NCBI GenBank assembly: GCA_033442325.1 | Contig: JAWQFM010000011.1 | Span: forward strand, 44,584-52,492 | Reading direction: 5' to 3' | Length of the DNA stretch: 7,909 bases | Source: Salpingoeca rosetta | Taxonomy: Eukaryota; Protista; Choanoflagellata | Shown here: piece after piece, positions 1 to 7,909 of the stretch | Layout of the letters: each line of letters opens with the position of its first letter | How positions within the stretch are numbered: the first letter of the stretch is position 1 | Position numbers and translations under genes: made by a program | The notes under the pieces: model-generated | Databases searched by the model: none | What the model was told of the DNA's origin: nothing | What the model saw: the letters and a program-made list of their open reading frames with translations, nothing else

Positions 1-89
<89 letters not shown>

Positions 90-101
90 GCCCCCCCCCC
101 C
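1..101. repeat. Compound intronic microsatellite (CA)n-(CT)n-poly(C), doubling as the polypyrimidine tract
   Basis: CA 1-34, CT 35-87, C run 91-101, directly before the acceptor AG at 107-108. Confidence 0.95.
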
Positions 102-108
102 TTCTCAG

Positions 109-7821
<7,713 letters not shown>

Positions 7822-7907
<86 letters not shown>
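7822..7907. repeat. Perfect (GT)n microsatellite beginning at the splice donor
   Basis: Directly visible in the sequence. Confidence 0.95.
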
Positions 7908-7908
<1 letters not shown>

Positions 7909-7909
7909 G

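Overview
This is eukaryotic genomic DNA, entirely occupied by an internal part of one intron-rich + strand gene. I reconstructed 16 coding exons (4,683 nt, 1,561 codons) joined by 15 complete GT-AG introns with consistent phases. The spliced protein is recognisable as the ribosome-quality-control E3 ubiquitin ligase listerin (LTN1/Rkr1), covering the conserved N-terminal domain and the HEAT/ARM-like middle region. The start codon and the C-terminal RWD and RING domains lie outside the window. Many introns carry (CA)n, (TG)n, (TCTG)n or (CCA)n microsatellites and GTGTGT/GTGCGT-type donors, a style that suggests a choanoflagellate such as Salpingoeca rosetta (inference, not verified). I see no prokaryote-type system, mobile element or RNA gene. 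The most interesting signals are in splicing architecture: 5' G/T-rich versus 3' C/A-rich intron polarity, acceptors lacking polypyrimidine tracts, a G-quadruplex motif at one donor, stop-free 3n introns, and one giant exon.
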